Shown here: one piece after another, positions 1 through 9,853 of the stretch
Position numbering within the stretch: position 1 is the stretch's first letter
Layout: each line of letters begins with the position of its first letter
DNA from: Porticoccaceae bacterium
Lineage (GTDB): Bacteria > Pseudomonadota > Gammaproteobacteria > Pseudomonadales > Porticoccaceae
Assembly: GCA_002746985.1 (NCBI GenBank)
Contig: NVXH01000007.1
Coordinates: forward strand, 151,322 to 196,433
DNA: 45,112 bases
Direction: 5' to 3'
The notes under the pieces: generated by a model
Seen by the model: the letters and a program-made list of their open reading frames with translations, nothing else
The model's database searches: none
Told to the model about the DNA's origin: nothing
Program-made: the position numbers and the translations under genes

Positions 1-303
1 GTAGAGTTGCCGGAGGCATCCACTGCCCCCCTGGATGATGAAGACAAGGACCCATTGATTGTGTCAATCAAGGCGGATGGTTCTTATTATCTGGACTTGG
101 GTAATGGTAAAAATGTACAGGAGGCCCTGCCTTCAATTATTGACAAGGTGGCCAAGGTGTTACGCCAGCAACCAAAAACGCCTGTACTTGTTTGGGGCGA
201 TGCACGTGTAAATTACGGGGTTGTCGTTAAGCTGATGAGTGAATTACAAAATGCAGGGGCACCCTCTGTAGGGCTTGTTACTGAACCACCTGGGAAAAAT
301 TAG
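1..303 (+). CDS. tolR: TolR, 5' end truncated by the window edge
   Basis: Frame is open from base 1. ExbD/TolR-type C-terminus 'VLVWGDARVNYGVVVKLMSELQNAGAPSVGLVTEP'. Lies directly upstream of tolA-tolB-pal. Confidence 0.93.
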   Translation, partial: VELPEASTAPLDDEDKDPLIVSIKADGSYYLDLGNGKNVQEALPSIIDKVAKVLRQQPKTPVLVWGDARVNYGVVVKLMSELQNAGAPSVGLVTEPPGKN

Positions 304-308
304 CTGCT

Positions 309-1019
309 GTGTTATCGGGAAGAGTTGTTTCGTACAGCATTGCCATTTTGGTGAGTTTGGTGCTGCACTCTTTTGTGATTTTTTCGTTAGTAAACCATTG
401 GGGGGCAGAGAAAGCTTCTCGCAAAGTTGCACCACCCAAATATATACAAGCAAAGTTAGTTCAGCTGGAAGAGAAGGCCAAACCAAAGCCCAAGGCAAAA
501 CCCAAAGCAAAACCCAAAGCAAAACCAAAACCCAAAGCGAAGCCAAAACCTAAACCAAAGCCCAAGGCGAAGCCAAAGCCGAAAGCTAAACCAAAACCCA
601 AGGCTAAACCAAAAGCGAAACCAATAGCGAAGCCAAAGCCAGGCAGTCAGCAGTTAGAGTTAGACTTGGCCAGTGCTTTAGCAAGCGAAGAAGAATTTTT
701 AGTTGCTGAAAATGATGAGCAATTAGCCAGCAGTTACTCGGTTTATATTTTTGAACGAGTTGCTGAAAATTGGAATCGTCCTCCCAGTGCCAGAAGAGGA
801 ATGGAGGTAGAGTTACAAATTCAATTAGTGCCAACAGGGCAGGTGGTCAGTGTGTTGGTGATTAAATCCAGTGGCAATACTGCATTTGATCGGTCAGCAG
901 AGCAAGCAGTACATAAAGTAGGTCGATTTGAGAAATTACAGGAACTTCCTTCCAGGGTGTTCGAGCAAAATTTTCGTAACTTACGATTGGTCTTTAGGCC
1001 AGAAGATTTGAGGTTGTAG
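309..1019 (+). CDS. tolA: TolA (short form with a Lys-Pro-rich central region)
   Basis: N-terminal TM helix containing SLVLHS (SHLS-type motif), central KP/KAKP repeats and a TonB_C/TolA-III-like C-terminus ('SSGNTAFDRSAEQAVHK'). Sits between tolR and tolB. GTG start. Confidence 0.85.
   Translation: MLSGRVVSYSIAILVSLVLHSFVIFSLVNHWGAEKASRKVAPPKYIQAKLVQLEEKAKPKPKAKPKAKPKAKPKPKAKPKPKPKPKAKPKPKAKPKPKAKPKAKPIAKPKPGSQQLELDLASALASEEEFLVAENDEQLASSYSVYIFERVAENWNRPPSARRGMEVELQIQLVPTGQVVSVLVIKSSGNTAFDRSAEQAVHKVGRFEKLQELPSRVFEQNFRNLRLVFRPEDLRL
474..641 (+). repeat. Low-complexity coding repeat, about 56 aa of KP/KAKP units within tolA
   Basis: Translation KAKPKPKAKPKAKPKAKPKPKAKPKPKPKPKAKPKPKAKPKPKAKPKAKPIAKPKP. 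Synonymous codons vary between units. Confidence 0.95.
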
Positions 1020-1022
1020 CAC

Positions 1023-2309
1023 GTGAAAAAAACAGGAGTTGCTCTCAGTATTTGTTTGCTGGTGTTAATTTTTCCACTAACAGTATTGGCAGGCTTAACG
1101 ATTGAGATTACCAAGGGAGTGGATAACCCCACGCGAATTGGTATTTCCCCCATTACCCGTGATGGGAAATCTTTGCCAGAAGATGTAAGCAAAATTATAT
1201 CGGATGATCTTCACCGGAGTGGTTTGTTCAGGCCTATCCCAAAAAGAGACATGTTGTCATTTCCGGCAACGGCCAAAGATGTTTACTACCGTGATTGGCG
1301 AATTTTGGGTGCCGAATATCTTGTTGTGGGTAAAACCTCGCAGCGGGATGGTATCTATCAAATTACCTTTAGTCTGCTGGAGGTGCATAGCTCACGGGTA
1401 GTATTTACCAAGGTGGTTAAGGGTTCTAGCACTCAATTGCGTGACCTGGCTCATTACATAAGTGATGAGGTCTATCAGGCGGTGACGGGTATTCCTGGTG
1501 CCTTTTCAACGCGGGTTGCCTATGTCACTGCATTTCCTTTCGGCGGGAAAATGAAGTTTAAGCTAATGGTCGCGGATGTTGATGGTGCAAGAGAAAGGTT
1601 ATTGCTTGAATCGAAAGAGCCCATCATGTCCCCCTCTTGGTCGCCTGATGCCAAGCAATTGGCGTATGTTTCATTTGAAACAGGTCGGCCCGCTATTTTT
1701 CGGCAGAATTTAGCTACTGCTGCCCGGGAACAGCTAACCAATTTTCGGGGTTTAAATGGGGCTCCGGCATGGTCACCTGACGGACGAAGTATGGCATTAG
1801 TACTCTCTAAGGATGGTAATCCTGAAATTTACACACTGGATTTACAGAGCAGAAGGTTTACCCGCCGAACAAAACATTTTGCCATTGATACAGAACCAAA
1901 CTGGACACCGGATGGTAAGTCGCTCATTTTCACCTCAGATCGAGGTGGAACCCCGCAAATTTATAAGTTGACTCTTGCCTCAGGAAAGGTAGAACGCTTA
2001 ACCTTTAAGGGTTCTTATAATGCCAGACCAAGACTTGCTCCTGATGGCAGGACGTTGGTCATGGTGCATCGTGATAATGGTCGTTTCCATATTGCGACTC
2101 AGGATTTGGTGACGGGAGACCTAAGGGTGTTAACGCAAACCTATTTGGATGAATCCCCGACAGTTGCGCCTAATGGTGCTATGCTCCTGTATGCCACAAA
2201 AAAGGGTAATAAAGGTGTGTTGGCTGCGGTCTCTCTAGACGCGGGGGTAAAGTTCTTGCTTCCAGCTCGATTTGGGGATGTGCGTGAGCCAGCCTGGTCT
2301 CCTAAATAG
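1023..2309 (+). CDS. tolB: Tol-Pal system beta-propeller protein TolB
   Basis: Signal peptide, 'LTIEITKG' N-terminus and repeated PD40 motifs ([27 protein letters not shown]). Confidence 0.97.
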   Translation: MKKTGVALSICLLVLIFPLTVLAGLTIEITKGVDNPTRIGISPITRDGKSLPEDVSKIISDDLHRSGLFRPIPKRDMLSFPATAKDVYYRDWRILGAEYLVVGKTSQRDGIYQITFSLLEVHSSRVVFTKVVKGSSTQLRDLAHYISDEVYQAVTGIPGAFSTRVAYVTAFPFGGKMKFKLMVADVDGARERLLLESKEPIMSPSWSPDAKQLAYVSFETGRPAIFRQNLATAAREQLTNFRGLNGAPAWSPDGRSMALVLSKDGNPEIYTLDLQSRRFTRRTKHFAIDTEPNWTPDGKSLIFTSDRGGTPQIYKLTLASGKVERLTFKGSYNARPRLAPDGRTLVMVHRDNGRFHIATQDLVTGDLRVLTQTYLDESPTVAPNGAMLLYATKKGNKGVLAAVSLDAGVKFLLPARFGDVREPAWSPK

Positions 2310-2425
2310 AAGGTCAGCTACATAGAAGCCTACTCAAAAAAAGGTTAAATTAATTACAGTTATAGGGCTGCTAAAAATAGTTAGCCAAAATCAAAAAGAA
2401 ACTTCCCCCTCTCTTACAGGAGAAT

Positions 2426-2935
2426 ATGATGAAAGTTCAATTAGTTAAATATGGCGTAATGGTTACTCTCTTGTCAGCGTTGTTGGTAGGTTGTTCCTCC
2501 ACTGACACTACAACAGATTCCAGTGGCGGTGTAACCACGATGTCAAATGATCGCGTGGCTACCGGGACAGTAGATTCTAGCTCAGTAAGTGGTTCATCAC
2601 TGGATACTGATAGTGCCGTTGCACGTGTTTTCTATTTTGAATTTGATAAGGCCATTCTTAACCCTGAAGCTCGTGTTGCATTGCGTCTTCATGCTCAAAG
2701 CCTTCGTTCAAATCCGGTCAATATTCGTTTAGAAGGTCATGCGGATGAGCGTGGTACTCGTGAATATAATATGGCGCTAGGTGAGCGTCGCGCTAATTCA
2801 GCCCGTGACTTCTTAGTGCAGGAAGGTGTTAATGGTTCTCTAATCGAAGTGATTAGTTATGGCGAAGAAACTGCCGTGTCAATGGGTAGTAATGAAGAGT
2901 CTTGGGCACTTAATCGTCGTGTCGAATTAAAATAA
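2426..2935 (+). CDS. pal: Peptidoglycan-associated lipoprotein Pal
   Basis: Lipobox LVGC and OmpA-like domain 'LEGHADERGTREYNMALGERRA...NRRVEL'. Confidence 0.97.
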   Translation: MMKVQLVKYGVMVTLLSALLVGCSSTDTTTDSSGGVTTMSNDRVATGTVDSSSVSGSSLDTDSAVARVFYFEFDKAILNPEARVALRLHAQSLRSNPVNIRLEGHADERGTREYNMALGERRANSARDFLVQEGVNGSLIEVISYGEETAVSMGSNEESWALNRRVELK

Positions 2936-2966
2936 AACTGCCCATCATAAAATCATCCTGTTAATT

Positions 2967-2998
2967 GTCCGGTACCGGAAGCGGTATCGGACTTTTTT
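2967..2998 (+). terminator. Intrinsic terminator between pal and cpoB
   Basis: 10-bp stem GTCCGGTACC/GGTATCGGAC (one G:T), 6-nt loop, then TTTTTT. Confidence 0.7.
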
Positions 2999-3073
2999 CG
3001 TTAAAAATTTGGCTTGTTGAGCTCTAGTATCCACTCAAGATTACATCCATTTTTGTTAGAGGAGTTTGCCTGT

Positions 3074-3859
3074 ATGTTTGCACCTGTCGGCTTCATCTTT
3101 TTTGGTCTTTTGATTTCATGTTCTGTTTTTGCAGCGGCACCTGTGTCGGAAATTGGTGGCCAAACGCCTCCGTCTGTATCTGTTGCTGCACCTCAAGTTC
3201 CACCCATCGAGCCTAAAGTGTTATCTGGTGATGTGCACTATCAAGTGCAGATACTGCAGGATGAGGTAAGAACATTGCGTGGAATGCTGGAAGAATTGAA
3301 CAATGAAGTTCGACTGCTGAAAAAGCGCCAAATGGATGATTATATGGATCTGGATCGCCGTTTAAGTACTTCTTCGGTAGGTCAGGCAGGATCTTCCTTA
3401 AAAGGTGGCGGGGCCGTGCAGGCTGCTTCTGGAAAGGCTGTTGAGTCTTCTTCCACAGGTACTACTAGCCAGGTTACCTCCTCAGCCTCTGGGGCTGAAG
3501 CTGATCATTACAATAATGCTTATGCACAGTTGAAAGCCGGTAAGGTTGCAGCTGCGGTGGCTCAATTTAAGACACATATTTCGAAATATCCCACCGGCAA
3601 GTACGTGGCAAATTCACACTATTGGTTGGGTGAAATATATGTACTTCAAAACAAACTTGAATTAGCCCGGCAGTCCTTTGCTACAGTGTTGGAATCATAC
3701 CCTGCTCACCGCAAAGCATCAGATTCGACCTATAAGTTGGGTCAGGTCTATTTTATGCAAGGCAACAAAGCCAAGGCGAAGGAGTTGCTCGAAAAAGCAG
3801 CGGCTGGAAATGATAATGCGGCAAGGTTGGCGCGTAGTTATCTGACCGAAAATTTCTAA
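3074..3859 (+). CDS. cpoB: Tol-Pal system protein CpoB/YbgF
   Basis: Signal peptide, coiled-coil 'QILQDEVRTLRGMLEEL' and C-terminal TPRs ('ANSHYWLGEIY'). Follows pal. ATG 3074 chosen over TTG 3014 because GGAG lies at 3061-3064. Confidence 0.87.
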   Translation: MFAPVGFIFFGLLISCSVFAAAPVSEIGGQTPPSVSVAAPQVPPIEPKVLSGDVHYQVQILQDEVRTLRGMLEELNNEVRLLKKRQMDDYMDLDRRLSTSSVGQAGSSLKGGGAVQAASGKAVESSSTGTTSQVTSSASGAEADHYNNAYAQLKAGKVAAAVAQFKTHISKYPTGKYVANSHYWLGEIYVLQNKLELARQSFATVLESYPAHRKASDSTYKLGQVYFMQGNKAKAKELLEKAAAGNDNAARLARSYLTENF

Positions 3860-3954
3860 TTATTAGTCATGTCCAAAGTGAGCAGAGAATATTCATTTTT
3901 CAGTTAAACCATTTGGGTTAAACTACACGGCTTATCCCGCGTAGTTTTGGTCCC

Positions 3955-4605
3955 ATGGATTTATCAACAGTTCGCATTACCGAGATTTTTTACTCCCTTC
4001 AGGGTGAGTCCACGACAGTCGGTTTACCCACCGTATTTGTTCGGCTCACTGGCTGCCCCCTGCGGTGCCAGTATTGTGATACTGAGTATGCATTCTATGG
4101 TGGTGAGCGCCAGAAAATATCTGATGTTGTTACATCAGTTGCCAGTCATAAGCCCCGTGAAGTCTGTGTCACTGGCGGTGAGCCCCTAGCTCAGAAAGCC
4201 TGTATTCCGTTATTAGCAGCACTTTGTGACGAGGGCTACCGAGTGTCTCTGGAAACCTCCGGGGCCTTAAGCGTAGAGCATGTGGACCCTAGGGTAGTAA
4301 AAGTGCTGGATTTGAAAACTCCGGGCTCTGGTGAGGTTGAAAAAAATCTCTATGGCAATATGAAGCATTTAAATATTCGTGATCAGGTGAAATTCGTAAT
4401 TTGTGATCGCCAGGATTATGAGTGGGCAAGAATGAAGATTGACGAGCTAAAATTAACGGAAAGGGTGGGGGATATTCTTTTTTCCCCAAGTACTGGTCAG
4501 TTAGATGCAGCAGAACTGGCTGATTGGATTTTAGAAGATCATTTGCCTGTCAGATTTCAGCTTCAGCTGCATAAGTTATTATGGAACGATGAGCCGGGAC
4601 ATTAA
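3955..4605 (+). CDS. queE: 7-carboxy-7-deazaguanine synthase (radical SAM)
   Basis: 'EIFYSLQGE', CxxxCxxC motif (CPLRCQYC), 'VTGGEPL', 'QLQLHK'. Adjacent to queC. Confidence 0.93.
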   Translation: MDLSTVRITEIFYSLQGESTTVGLPTVFVRLTGCPLRCQYCDTEYAFYGGERQKISDVVTSVASHKPREVCVTGGEPLAQKACIPLLAALCDEGYRVSLETSGALSVEHVDPRVVKVLDLKTPGSGEVEKNLYGNMKHLNIRDQVKFVICDRQDYEWARMKIDELKLTERVGDILFSPSTGQLDAAELADWILEDHLPVRFQLQLHKLLWNDEPGH

Positions 4606-4611
4606 GTAAAG

Positions 4612-5307
4612 ATGACTGAATCAGACAAAAAAGCAGTGGTGTTGATTTCTGGTGGTTTAGATTCCACTACTGTCTTGGCGATGGCGAGAGAGCAGGGTTT
4701 TGATTGTTACACCCTCAGTTTTGACTATGGCCAAAAAGCACATGCTGAACTGAAGGCCGCTAGGCAGTGTTCCGAATTGTTCGGAGCCTGTCAGCATAAA
4801 GTGGTAGAGCTGGATTTGCGTACCATTGGTGGTTCGGCATTAACAGATGACAGTATTGATGTTCCTGAAGAGCAAACATCCGGTATTCCCGTAACCTATG
4901 TCCCTGCACGCAATACAGTCTTCCTATCCATCGCGTTAGGTTGGGCGGAGGTGCTGGGTGCACAGGATATTTTTATTGGTGTGAACGCGGTGGATTACTC
5001 CGGCTATCCTGATTGCCGTCCAGAATACATCGAAGCTTTTGAGCGAATGGCCAATCTTGCAACCAAAGCGGGTGTAGAGGGGCAAAGCATAAAAATTAAT
5101 ACTCCTCTCATTCATATGACCAAAGCTGAAATTATTCGTGAGGGTATTTCGATTGGTGTAGATTACGCACAAACAGTCTCCTGTTATCAAGCTTCAGAGG
5201 AAGGTTTAGCCTGTGGAAAATGCGAAAGCTGTCGTTTGAGAAAGTTGGGATTTGAGCAGGCAGGCATTGTTGATACGACTCGCTATATTTCTTTAATAAA
5301 CACTTGA
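4612..5307 (+). CDS. queC: 7-cyano-7-deazaguanine synthase
   Basis: PP-loop SGGLDS, 'TYVPARN', 'YSGYPDCR' and Zn motif C..CGKCESC. Confidence 0.95.
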   Translation: MTESDKKAVVLISGGLDSTTVLAMAREQGFDCYTLSFDYGQKAHAELKAARQCSELFGACQHKVVELDLRTIGGSALTDDSIDVPEEQTSGIPVTYVPARNTVFLSIALGWAEVLGAQDIFIGVNAVDYSGYPDCRPEYIEAFERMANLATKAGVEGQSIKINTPLIHMTKAEIIREGISIGVDYAQTVSCYQASEEGLACGKCESCRLRKLGFEQAGIVDTTRYISLINT

Positions 5308-5331
5308 TTTTTAATTGGCCATGAGTAAGAT
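5304..5331 (+). promoter_or_regulatory. Probable sigma70 stable-RNA promoter for tRNA-Lys
   Basis: TTGATT (5304-5309), 16-bp spacer, TAAGAT (5326-5331), then a GC-rich discriminator-like GCGCC, ending 15 bp before the tRNA. Confidence 0.55.
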
Positions 5332-5346
5332 ATGCGCCTCTTCTGA

Positions 5347-5422
5347 GGGTCGTTAGCTCAGTTGGTAGAGCAGTTGGCTTTTAACCAATTGGTCGCGCGT
5401 TCGAATCGCGCACGACCCACCA
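5347..5422 (+). tRNA. tRNA-Lys (anticodon TTT)
   Basis: 76 nt. Acceptor stem GGGTCGT/ACGACCC, D-arm AGCTCAGTTGGTAGAGC, anticodon loop CTTTTAA, T-arm GCGCG-TTCGAAT-CGCGC, encoded CCA. Confidence 0.98.
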
Positions 5423-5430
5423 TATACGTA

Positions 5431-5462
5431 AAAAGGCCGCCCCAATGGGGTGGCCTTTTTTT
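5431..5462 (+). terminator. Intrinsic terminator after tRNA-Lys (potentially bidirectional)
   Basis: A-run, stem GGCCGCCCC/GGGGTGGCC (one G:T), 3-nt loop, then 7 T. Confidence 0.85.
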
Positions 5463-5490
5463 GTTTGTCCCATTCATTTGCTCTTTTTAG

Positions 5491-5668
5491 TTAAATTACG
5501 GTCTCAGGTTTTCGTCTATAGGTCTTCTGTGTAGTGTTGGTGTCTAGGTGTCCTCGCAATTTCGCTGCTTGCTCTACTGTTTCTTCCTCTAATACAGTTT
5601 TCGCGCAGATGTCATGCCTCAGTAAATCAAGCCTCCAACTTGGTATCTTTTAGTGCCTTATTGAATGC
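5491..5668 (-). pseudogene. Degenerate 3' fragment of a phage-type tyrosine integrase
   Basis: Manual translation: AFNKALKDTKLEA*FTE[+1 frameshift]HDICAKTVLEEETVEQAAKLRGHLDTNTTQKTYRRKPETVI*. It resembles the (R)FTEHDLRAK...GH...T...YRRKP C-terminus of tyrosine integrases. Carries an in-frame TGA (5627-5629), one extra base (5617), and Cys where the H-x-x-R Arg is expected. Confidence 0.75.
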
Positions 5669-5686
5669 TGGGAGGAATTTATGCGT

Positions 5687-6598
5687 TTAGGGTTCCTCTC
5701 CAAGCTTTAATGGAAGTGTCTCATCAAGTACCCATTCATTCATTGAACCATCGTAAAGAGACACATTATCCTGCCCACACAAACTCATAGCCATACAGGC
5801 CATTGTTGCAGAGATTCCTCCACCACAGTATGCGATTACTTTATCCGCATCTAAAGCGCGGCTCTTAGCAAATAGTGGGCGTAGAACATTTGGCTTAAGA
5901 AATTCACCGGTATTGGGGTTGATTACTGACTCGTAGGGGACACTGTGGCTTCCTGGCAGATGACCGGGACGCCCATAACGATTTAACTCGCCCGTATACA
6001 CTTCATGGGGTAACGCGTTAAGCATTGGTGGGCCATCCGACGCCATGGCTTCTAGAATTTGGTCTTTATTAATCCACATCTCAGGTTTCGGATTAACAGA
6101 TAGCTTTCCTTTAGGGTACTTTGAAACTACATTATCTGTAGGATGGTTCTCGCGCTCCCATTTCTCCCAGCCACCATCTAATACGGCTACATTGTCAAAA
6201 CCGATAGAGCGTAGCATCCACCACACTCTGGTTGCCCACATCTGGCAACCCTTGCTAAAAAGAATGACAGACGTATTTTCAGATACACCTCTAGAGGCAA
6301 TAGCTTCAGCAAAAGATTCTGGTGGAGGCATCATAAATGGGATGCTGTTGTTTGAGTCAAACAATTCACTCTTAAGATCGATAAAATTAGAGCCTGGAAT
6401 ATGTGATTCTGCCCACTCTTTACGAGCAGTTTCTGAATCCAGATTATATCCTCCGAAACTGTCGCCTGTGTCGCCCTTATATTCGACGTAAAGAGTTACA
6501 TCATAGATTCTTAAGCTTGTTTCTCTAAGGTTACGCGCAAGCCAATCAGTTGAAACTAAATAATTAGGGAGCGTAAAACTCGTTTCATGATCTGTCAT
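5687..6598 (-). CDS. Tandem-domain rhodanese / mercaptopyruvate sulfurtransferase (SseA/MpsT-like)
   Basis: 'LVSTDWLA', 'HIPGS', 'WATRVWWMLRSIG', 'VLDGGW', active-site loop YCGGGIS, 'LYDGSMNEW'. Confidence 0.9.
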   Translation of the reverse strand: MTDHETSFTLPNYLVSTDWLARNLRETSLRIYDVTLYVEYKGDTGDSFGGYNLDSETARKEWAESHIPGSNFIDLKSELFDSNNSIPFMMPPPESFAEAIASRGVSENTSVILFSKGCQMWATRVWWMLRSIGFDNVAVLDGGWEKWERENHPTDNVVSKYPKGKLSVNPKPEMWINKDQILEAMASDGPPMLNALPHEVYTGELNRYGRPGHLPGSHSVPYESVINPNTGEFLKPNVLRPLFAKSRALDADKVIAYCGGGISATMACMAMSLCGQDNVSLYDGSMNEWVLDETLPLKLGEEP

Positions 6599-6864
6599 GG
6601 GGTTTTCTCCTATTGCTTTGATGCATCCAAATTAGAAACTGAAAGATGTTGATTTTGTTTGATTGTAGATGCAGAGTACATTAATATTCCATTATGATCT
6701 ATGCATATAATAAAATGATATTATAATGTTGTTTGTAAAAAAGAATCTCTCACTATGACTGATGAGGATTTACATTTATTTAATGCATATTTTTTTATCT
6801 ATAGATGTTTTTTAGGAAAAGCTACAAATCTAAGTTAGGAATAATTTTTACAGGAGGTATAGAT

Positions 6865-7764
6865 ATGAAAAATCAACTAAATTGCCACTTAGATATTTCA
6901 ATAAAACCAGAGGTCGTTCCCTTTTTTGACAAGGAGACCAACACTTTTTCTTATGTTGTTAAAGACCCTGAATCTAATGCTTGTGCAGTAATTGACCCGG
7001 TAGCGAACATTAATTATTCATCTGGGAATATCAGTTTTGAAGGTGCAGATAAGATAATCGATTGCGTTAAGACTCAGGGTCTCAGCGTTAAGTGGGTTAT
7101 CGAAACACATGTCCATGCGGACCATCTATCTGCTGCGCCGTATATCCAAGAACATTTAGGTGGAAAGTTGGGTATAGGCTCTAACATCACTGTGGTACAA
7201 AAAGTTTTTGCCAATATCTTTAATACAAGCTCTGATTTCCAATGTGATGGTTCTCAGTTTGACTGTTTGTTTGATGATGGGGATGCCTATCAAATTGGGG
7301 GTATGACAGCTTATGCGCTACATACTCCTGGGCATACCCCAGCCTGTATGACCCATGTAATAGGAGATGCAGTATTTGTTGGTGATACACTTTTTATGCC
7401 TGATGGGGGCACGGCCAGAGCTGATTTTCCCGGTGGCGATGCTCGTACTCTTTTTCAGTCAATTCAAAAGATCTTAAGCTTACCTTCAGAAACACGTTTG
7501 TTTATGTGTCACGACTACCCACCTGGGGAGCGTGGACCTGAATGTACAACGACGATTGGCAAAGAGCGGGAAAAAAACATTCATGTCCATGATGGAATTT
7601 CAGAAAATGACTTCGTCGCTGTGCGTAAAGCGAGAGATATAACATTAAGCGTGCCTAAATTACTCTTGCCTTCACTGCAGGTCAACATGAGAGCGGGACA
7701 TTTACCTCCGGCTGAAGATAACAACAAGGTATACCTTAAGGTACCAGTCAACACCTTTAAATAA
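6865..7764 (+). CDS. MBL-fold persulfide dioxygenase (Blh/PDO, ETHE1-like)
   Basis: 'ETHVHADHLSAA', 'HTPGHTPAC', 'FVGDTLFMPDGGTARADFPGG', 'CHDY', 'PKLLLPSLQVN'. ATG 6865 follows AGGAGG, so it is preferred to ATG 6805. Confidence 0.88.
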   Translation: MKNQLNCHLDISIKPEVVPFFDKETNTFSYVVKDPESNACAVIDPVANINYSSGNISFEGADKIIDCVKTQGLSVKWVIETHVHADHLSAAPYIQEHLGGKLGIGSNITVVQKVFANIFNTSSDFQCDGSQFDCLFDDGDAYQIGGMTAYALHTPGHTPACMTHVIGDAVFVGDTLFMPDGGTARADFPGGDARTLFQSIQKILSLPSETRLFMCHDYPPGERGPECTTTIGKEREKNIHVHDGISENDFVAVRKARDITLSVPKLLLPSLQVNMRAGHLPPAEDNNKVYLKVPVNTFK

Positions 7765-7933
7765 ATCCAAAATGTCTAGGTTTTGGGGAAAAATATCATG
7801 GGTCCTAAGCATGAAAATAGAAAAGGCTGGGTTTCATAGGATCACTGTTGGTGGTTTGAATATGTTGGCTCGGTGCAATATCAGCAGTATTAATGATATT
7901 AGGCAACAGAGAAAAGTAACAGGATAAAGTGTA

Positions 7934-9691
7934 ATGAAATTAGCCCAGATTTTACCCTGCATTATTTGGGTGAGGGAATACCGAAGAAGCTACTTCGTTA
8001 GTGATATGATTGCTGCTGCCATTGTAACTATTATGTTGATTCCTCAGTCTCTTGCTTATGCCTTGCTTATAGGTCTACCAGCTCATGTGGGGTTTTATGC
8101 AAGTATTCTACCTTTAATTATTTATGCTGTTTTTGGTTCTAGTAGAACACTATCGGTTGGCCCTGTTGCAGTAGCCTCATTGATGACAGCTTCAGTGATA
8201 CAAGATATTGCCAGTCAGGGTTCTATCGATCATCTCAATGCAGCTATCATTCTTGCATTATTGTCTGGTTTACTTCTTGTATTGTTGGGTATATTTCGTT
8301 TTGGTTTTCTGGCTAATTTTTTGTCTCATCCAGTTGTCTCAGGATTCATTACTGCCTCTGGTATTATTATCGCTTTCAGCCAGTTTAAGCATATTTTGGG
8401 TATAACCGCTAATGGCAATAACCTGCCTGAAATTTTAAGTACCTTATATGAAAATGTTGCTCATACCAATCAGTCAACCCTAATGATTGGGAGCGGGGCA
8501 CTGTTTTTTTTATTCTGGGCACGTAGTGGTTTAAAAAAATTGTTACTCAAACTAAAGGTTGAAAATGCAACGGCTGAACTACTAACAAAAACGGCGCCAG
8601 TTATTGTGGTGGTAGTCACTATTTTTACTGCATTTAGTTTTGATTTGGGCAGTAAGGGTGTTGGGCTTGTAGGTAACATCCCATCAGGTTTGCCGACAAT
8701 ACAATTACCTTCAATAAACAGTGTTCCCTGGATGGATTTATTAGTTCCAGCAATATTGATATCTATTATTGGTTATGTCGAATCTATTTCTGTTGGTAAA
8801 ACTTTAGCCGTTAAAAGGGGACAAAAAATCGATCCAGATCAGGAGTTAATTGGTCTAGGTGCTGCGAATGTTGCCTCTGCTTTATCTGGAGGCTTTCCTG
8901 TTGCAGGTGGATTTTCTCGTTCCGTCGTTAATTTTGATGCTGGAGCAAAAACTCAGGCTGCAGGTTTCTTCGCTGCTATTGGAATAGGTATCGCAGCTCT
9001 AACTCTTACGGGTCTATTGGCATTTCTACCTAAAGCAACGTTAGCTGCTACCATTATTGTTGCTGTACTAAGGTTGGTTGATTTTTCTATTTTGAAGCGT
9101 ACTTGGAAGTATTCCTTGTCAGATTTCATGGCGGTGGCAGCCACTATGGTTTTAACCTTATTTCTTGGTGTTGAAATGGGGGTGCTCTGTGGCGTTACGG
9201 CTTCTATTGCACTACACCTTTATAAAACATCTCGTCCACATATTGCAGAAGTAGGTGAAATAGATGGCACAGAACATTTTCGTAATGTGAAGCGTCATTT
9301 AGTTAACACGCATACAGAGATACTCTCGTTGCGACTAGATGAAAGTTTATATTTTGCCAATGCATCTTTTCTTGAAGATCGAATCTATAAGGAGCTGGCT
9401 CTAAGGAAGGAGTTGAAACATATTATTCTGATGTGTACTGCCATTAATGAAATTGATATTAGTGCACTAGATGTATTGGGGGTAATTAATCAACGGTTGA
9501 CTGAGGTGGGTGTTGGGTTTCATCTCTCAGAAGTGAAAGGCCCTGTTATGGACTCTTTGGAAAAGACTGATTTTATAGCATGCTTGAATGGTCAAATTTT
9601 TCTTTCTCAACATATTGCTGTTACAACTATCCTGGAAAATAAGTTGAACATAGCTCAGGATAATTCTGAATTTAGAGACTATCAGATTTAA
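7934..9691 (+). CDS. SulP/SLC26 family anion transporter with STAS domain
   Basis: 'IPQSLAYALL', 'GSSRTLSVGPVA', 'GGFSRS', many TM segments and a C-terminal STAS domain ('LRLDESLYFANA'). Confidence 0.93.
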   Translation: MKLAQILPCIIWVREYRRSYFVSDMIAAAIVTIMLIPQSLAYALLIGLPAHVGFYASILPLIIYAVFGSSRTLSVGPVAVASLMTASVIQDIASQGSIDHLNAAIILALLSGLLLVLLGIFRFGFLANFLSHPVVSGFITASGIIIAFSQFKHILGITANGNNLPEILSTLYENVAHTNQSTLMIGSGALFFLFWARSGLKKLLLKLKVENATAELLTKTAPVIVVVVTIFTAFSFDLGSKGVGLVGNIPSGLPTIQLPSINSVPWMDLLVPAILISIIGYVESISVGKTLAVKRGQKIDPDQELIGLGAANVASALSGGFPVAGGFSRSVVNFDAGAKTQAAGFFAAIGIGIAALTLTGLLAFLPKATLAATIIVAVLRLVDFSILKRTWKYSLSDFMAVAATMVLTLFLGVEMGVLCGVTASIALHLYKTSRPHIAEVGEIDGTEHFRNVKRHLVNTHTEILSLRLDESLYFANASFLEDRIYKELALRKELKHIILMCTAINEIDISALDVLGVINQRLTEVGVGFHLSEVKGPVMDSLEKTDFIACLNGQIFLSQHIAVTTILENKLNIAQDNSEFRDYQI

Positions 9692-9853
9692 AGTGATGAC
9701 GGTGGGGTTTAGGTCTGCATGTTGTTAATGGCAGAGATGCTCTGTGTGCATTTTTTGTCAAGTAGAAGTAATAGAAATATGATTGTCTATAAATTACTCT
9801 ATTATTTTTGACGGGTGATACAATATAGTTTATTCACGAGGAGTCCCTATTTA

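Noticed and set aside
7772-7927. 51-aa ORF between the dioxygenase and SulP genes as an sqr or DUF442 remnant
   Set aside because: No recognisable motif and no clear RBS; likely spurious.
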